Assembly (NCBI RefSeq): GCF_001194135.2
Contig: NC_068987.1
Coordinates: 58,851,605-58,889,770 of the forward strand
Direction of reading: 5' to 3'
DNA: 38,166 nt
Origin: Octopus bimaculoides
Taxonomy: Eukaryota
Shown here: piece after piece, positions 33,880 to 38,166 of the stretch
How the letters are laid out: each line of letters opens with the position of its first letter
How positions within the stretch are numbered: position 1 is the first letter of the stretch
Notes under the pieces: generated by a model
What the model was told of the DNA's origin: nothing
Seen by the model: the letters and a program-made list of their open reading frames with translations, nothing else
The model's database searches: none
Made by a program: the position numbers and the translations under genes

Positions 33880-34945
33880 GAGACTGCCTTCAACCATTAC
33901 ACTGCAGTTATGCTGGGGCCTTGTCTTGAAGGGCTTAGTCAAACAAATCGACCCCAGCACTAATTGTTTTTTTTTAAGCCTGGTACTTATTCAACCAGTA
34001 ATTTTTTGCTGAACTGCTAAGTTATGGAGACATAAACAAACCAAAGCCAGTTGTCAAGTGATGTTGGGAGTATAAAGACAAAGACGTGTGCGCGCACACA
34101 CACACATGCAGGCAGGCATGCATGCACACACAGAGGTTACTTTCTGTTCCCGTCTACTAAATTCACCCACAAGGCTTTGGTTGGCTCAGGGCTATAGCAG
34201 AAAACAACTGCCCAAAGTGCTATGCAGTGGAACTGAACCCAAAACCATGTGGTTGGGAGGCAAACTTCTTACTACATAGCCATGCCTGCATCTATGTGGT
34301 TATGAAATTTGCTTCCCAATAATGTGGTTGGGAATGTAGTTCAGTCCTACGGTGAGGCACCTTGAACTAGTGATTTTGCTACAGCCCCAACTTTGTGAGT
34401 GTATTTGGTAGATGGAAACTGAAAGAAGTCATCATGTGTATAAAAACCATACCAAAATAGGTCTCACCAGTGCTGGTGCCATGTAAAAAGCAAAAAGGCA
34501 CTCAGTCCACTCTGTAAGGTGGCTGGCATTAAGAGAAGCATCCAGCTGTAAAAACCATGCCAAAACAGACAGTGAAGCCTGTTGCAGTCTTCTGGTTGCC
34601 AGCTCCTGTCAAAGCGCCCAACCAATGCCAGTATGGAAAATGGACGTTAAATGATGATGATGATGATGGTGTGTGAGTGTATGCACACGTGTGACTTGAC
34701 ATCATGCAATGGTTGTAAATGAGTGTCACTGTCACACAAGAAGTACATTTGTTTCCAATCTTCCATGAAAATATGTCTGGCTGTGGGGAAAATATTATCC
34801 TGCTTGGAAACAAATGAAAATTGGCAACAAGAAGAGCATCTAGTTGTAAAAAAAAAACAAAAAGAAGCCTACCTCAATAAATTCAGTTTGAATTCAGTCT
34901 AATTCATGCCAGCATGGAAAAGCGGACATTAAAACAATGATGATT
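33880..34945. mobile_element. SINE cluster: A minus (33880-34290), A head plus (34290-34440), RTE tail (34460-34670), tail D (34690-34945)
   Basis: Similar to the other copies in the window. Confidence 0.7.
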
Positions 34946-35329
34946 AGGGTGGTGTGGGTGATAGAGAGGTTAACAAAAGCAAATTAGACTCATAGTTTCT
35001 ATGCAACATACTGTATAACTATCAATGTGCAGCAACTATTCATCAGACAGTGCTAAGTGAGTATAAACAAAATTGACTTGGGCTGTTCAGTAATGGTTTC
35101 CTTCACTAATGAAAATAATAGCAAATTTTTAGAGAGAGATTTTCTTGTCAATTGAATTGACTCAACTGTTATTTATTTGTATCTAGCTGAGAATGATGTA
35201 AAGCTTGGAAGAATTTTAATTATCAGCACAAAGGGAAGAAATTAAATGATGTAAGGCCTAATGCAGCTAGCTTCCAGGCCTTACAACAAAAAACATAGTA
35301 ATCTTCATCATTATTGTTTTTACATCAAC

Positions 35330-35660
35330 TTTTGCATGCTTGCATGGATCAGATGGAATTCATGGAAACAGATATTCTGTGTTCAGATAGCCTTCCTGCT
35401 GCCAGAGCCTTGCTTGTTTGCAAGCAAAGTGATAAATCCTCATGGCTGGACATGTTTCCACAATGAAAAATAAAGGAAATAAAAGACAACGCTTGTATGT
35501 CAGAGACAGTCACAACCATACCTATGATAGCTTCTTTGAGTTTCCATCTACCAGAGCTAGAGAAAAAGACACTTGCCCAAGTTATCACATAGTTGTGGAG
35601 CTAAACCTAAAACCATGTACTTGAGAAACAAACTTCTCAACCATGGAGTCATATTTGTAC
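35330..35660 (-). mobile_element. Decayed tail-D/head-A SINE
   Basis: Tail-D and head (aaaagacacttgcccaag) remnants. Confidence 0.6.
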
Positions 35661-35986
35661 CTATAACCAACCAATAAAATATCCAGATTCATTAAGTCTT
35701 ACTTCAGAAAGTGTGAAAACTCCATTAATCATTTAAATCATAGAAATACCAATGAAGACTTCATTTCCATATATTCTATCTAGGAATAGATAGTAAGCAT
35801 TCATGCAGGAGCAAAACTTGCTTAGGGGTTGCAAACCCAGCTTTTTAGGAAAATGTTCAAAGTGTTTTCAGTGCCCCACAAAAGTTTTAGGGGACATGTT
35901 TGCACCCCCTGTCCCCTAGCCTATGATAGTTAGGAGAAGTCAGTTTGGCAAGCTTATCCCTATCCAAGCAATATTATCATGAGATT

Positions 35987-36200
35987 AAGGCAGTGAGCTG
36001 GCAGAATCATGAGCGCAAAAGGTAAAGTGTTTAGTGGTATTCCATCTGTCTTTGTGCTCTGAGTTCAAATTCCCCTGAGGTTGACTTTGCCTTTCATCCT
36101 TTTGAGGTCAATAAAGTAAGGAACAGTTGAGCACTGGGGTCAATGTAATTGACTTACCCACTGCCCCAAAATTGTTGGCCTTGTGCCAAAATTTGAAACT
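35987..36200 (+). mobile_element. SINE family B
   Basis: aaggcagtgagctggcagaatc...tgagttcaaattcc...ttgactttgcctttcatcc...gccttgtgccaaaatttgaaac. Confidence 0.85.
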
Positions 36201-36928
36201 AATATCATGAGTTGAGCTATATCTCTATACAAGCTTACAGCAGTCATCTTGAATGCTTTTTCTGTAGCTTCTCACAACTAAGTGAATCGGGCCACTGAAG
36301 GCTAAATTTATTTGCTATGGCAGAGTGAACACAGCCGATAAGATAAAAACCATCAACCTTTTGGCTGATCATTCTGTTGACTCACATAGTTCTTAACTTT
36401 CTCTCTCTTTCAGATGTAACACTAACTATTTTCAACCTTCCAAAAATTAGTTATTTACATGATTTACATTTCAACTGTCTATCTTTCTTATGACTACTAC
36501 TGATACTACGTTTCTAAAATAAAAAAAGAAATAAAACTCTTCTTTGGTCCAGTTAATTTTCCTGCATATTGACTGACCCACTGAAATCTACAAACAACTG
36601 TTAAGCAGCACAACTTCTTGCTGCATACCTTGCTACTACTACGTGGTTCACCCAGGCTTGTTATTCTGTGCTTCACGCTTCGGTAAACCTTAAGAAATAA
36701 ATAACAATATGGCTGGCTGAGGTGAAAATATCTCAGAGGAACATTCAGCATTCTGAAATTTGCAGAGGCTTGCATGTAAGATATAGAGTAAAAAAAAAAA
36801 ACTCTGATAAATTATAATAGTCCAAGCAATTAGTGCACAAAAAACCTGCTTAAAATCTAAGAATGAACAAAAGAAATAACTTTAATAAAATCAGCTGAAC
36901 TACACAGGTGTTGCAGATTGGGCTGGTC

Positions 36929-37369
36929 TTAATCCTTTTAAAATCAACTTGTTTGAAACGGCCCCTGGTTTTGATATAATCTTCCTGAATTAACCCTTTA
37001 ATATTCAAATTACTCAGTAAAATATAGATCTTATCTATACATTTTTTTTTTTTAATTAATCAATGCATTATCTCATAGTTTCGAGATTTCAATATTGCGA
37101 TTGTATATTATTAGAAGGATGTTGTAGGCTAGGCGTCAGAGGTCGGATACAGTCAATCTGAATATAAAACAGGAAAAATATTTGGATCACATAGGACCGA
37201 TTTAAATGCTAAAGGGTTAAAATTATCAATATTAAAACTTACCATTAAAATTTTATACTAACCTATGATCCAAATACCAGCTATGACAGATGTTTTACTA
37301 AAGTATTTCCAAAATAATTTAAAACAACGGCAGTAACTTTCAACAGAATTATAGCAACAAAAGGATTAA
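36929..37369. mobile_element. TTAA MITE family F interrupted by family E (36990-37220)
   Basis: Outer ends ttaatcctttt...aaggattaa; inner ends ttaacccttta...aatgctaaagggttaa. Confidence 0.75.
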
Positions 37370-37560
37370 ACCCAACTAATGAAAGCAATGAACATGTTTC
37401 AGTTTTATTAAACCTCTTCAGAAAAGCATGTTCAACTCAACTGGCAAGACTAAGAGTAATCTACATATACATACACATACATATATACACACACATATAC
37501 ACAGAAAGAGAGAGTGCGGGAGAGACAGAACACAGAGATGCTGATTATAAATATTGACAA

Positions 37561-37790
37561 TCTTATTTCTTTATTGCCCACAAGGGGCTAAACATAGAGG
37601 GGATAAACAAGGACAGACAAAGGGATTAAGTCGATTACATCAACCCCAGTGCGTAACTGGTACTTAATTTATCGACCCCGAAAGGATGAAAGGCAAAGTC
37701 GACCTCGGCAGAATTTGAACTCAGAACGTCACGACAGACGAAATACTGCTAAGCATTTCGCCCGGCATGCTAACGTTTCTGCCAGCTCAC
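37561..37790 (-). mobile_element. Young SINE family B with a different 3' tail
   Basis: CpG-rich core (atcgaccccgaaaggatgaaaggcaaagtcgacctcggc). The tail tttctttattgcccacaaggggctaaac differs from the other B copies. Confidence 0.9.
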
Positions 37791-38166
37791 AGAGGGGAGA
37801 GCATTCTGTATATTACATAAATGATTGAGTCACACATATTTAATATAAGGTGAAAGACGAAAGAAGTAAATTGTGTTTACAGCTGGTCAGTTCTTTCAAT
37901 GACAAGTTTATTCTAGGCCTTTAAAAATGGCAAAACCAGGTGGCATTGTTTGGAAGAAAGTTGTTTTTCAAAGAGTTGGCATCATTGTCCAGTGGGAGGG
38001 AGTGTGGGTGTGTTTTCATGTGTGTGTGTGTGTGCACGCACGTGTGCATGTGTGTGTGTGCCTGTGTATCTGAAAGGAGTGTCAATGGAAAAGAGAAGGA
38101 AAGAAAGAAGGAAGAAAGGAAGAAGAAGGAATTGTGTTTACATCTATACAGCTGGTTAGTTCAAAA

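Noticed and set aside
36652-36688. 37-nt phase 1 to phase 2 exon (LPKREAQNNKP) as the partner of the 16552 exon
   Set aside because: The donor gtgaac is weak. The 24248-24293 exon has better splice sites and better homology.

Overview
AT-rich, repeat-dense eukaryotic DNA. The SINE and RTE-tail repeats look to me like Octopus (coleoid cephalopod) families; this is an inference. The only host gene I can support is the 5' half of an MKK3/6-type MAP kinase kinase (MAP2K6/MAP2K3/licorne family) on the minus strand. It has four coding exons (24293-24248, 16552-16387, 5191-5072, 1156-1043), all with AG/GT borders, splicing in frame to xPPGITLPPSLQNDCV-NPPGNLDSKTEINIGGQKFNCDADDLESLSTLGQGAYGVVEKMRHRPSGKIMAVK-RITATINGEEEKRLLMDLDVSMKSGLCTYTVQSYGALFRE-GDVWILMEVMDASLDKFYKKVYTDTHIPEDVLTIIASS. 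Two of these exons (46 nt and 120 nt) are absent from the ORF track. The start exon and the remaining kinase exons were not found and probably lie outside the window. The rest is intron. It holds a decayed Helitron PIF1-like helicase, an internally deleted RTE LINE, many tRNA-derived SINEs with swapped tails, hAT, mariner and TTAA (piggyBac-like) MITEs, a minisatellite, microsatellites and six N gaps. The most notable non-coding signal is a type I hammerhead-ribozyme-like fold on the minus strand at 5711-5761, inside a ~150-nt insertion; it has a variant core and its activity is unproven. Boundaries of decayed repeats are approximate (about +/-20 nt).
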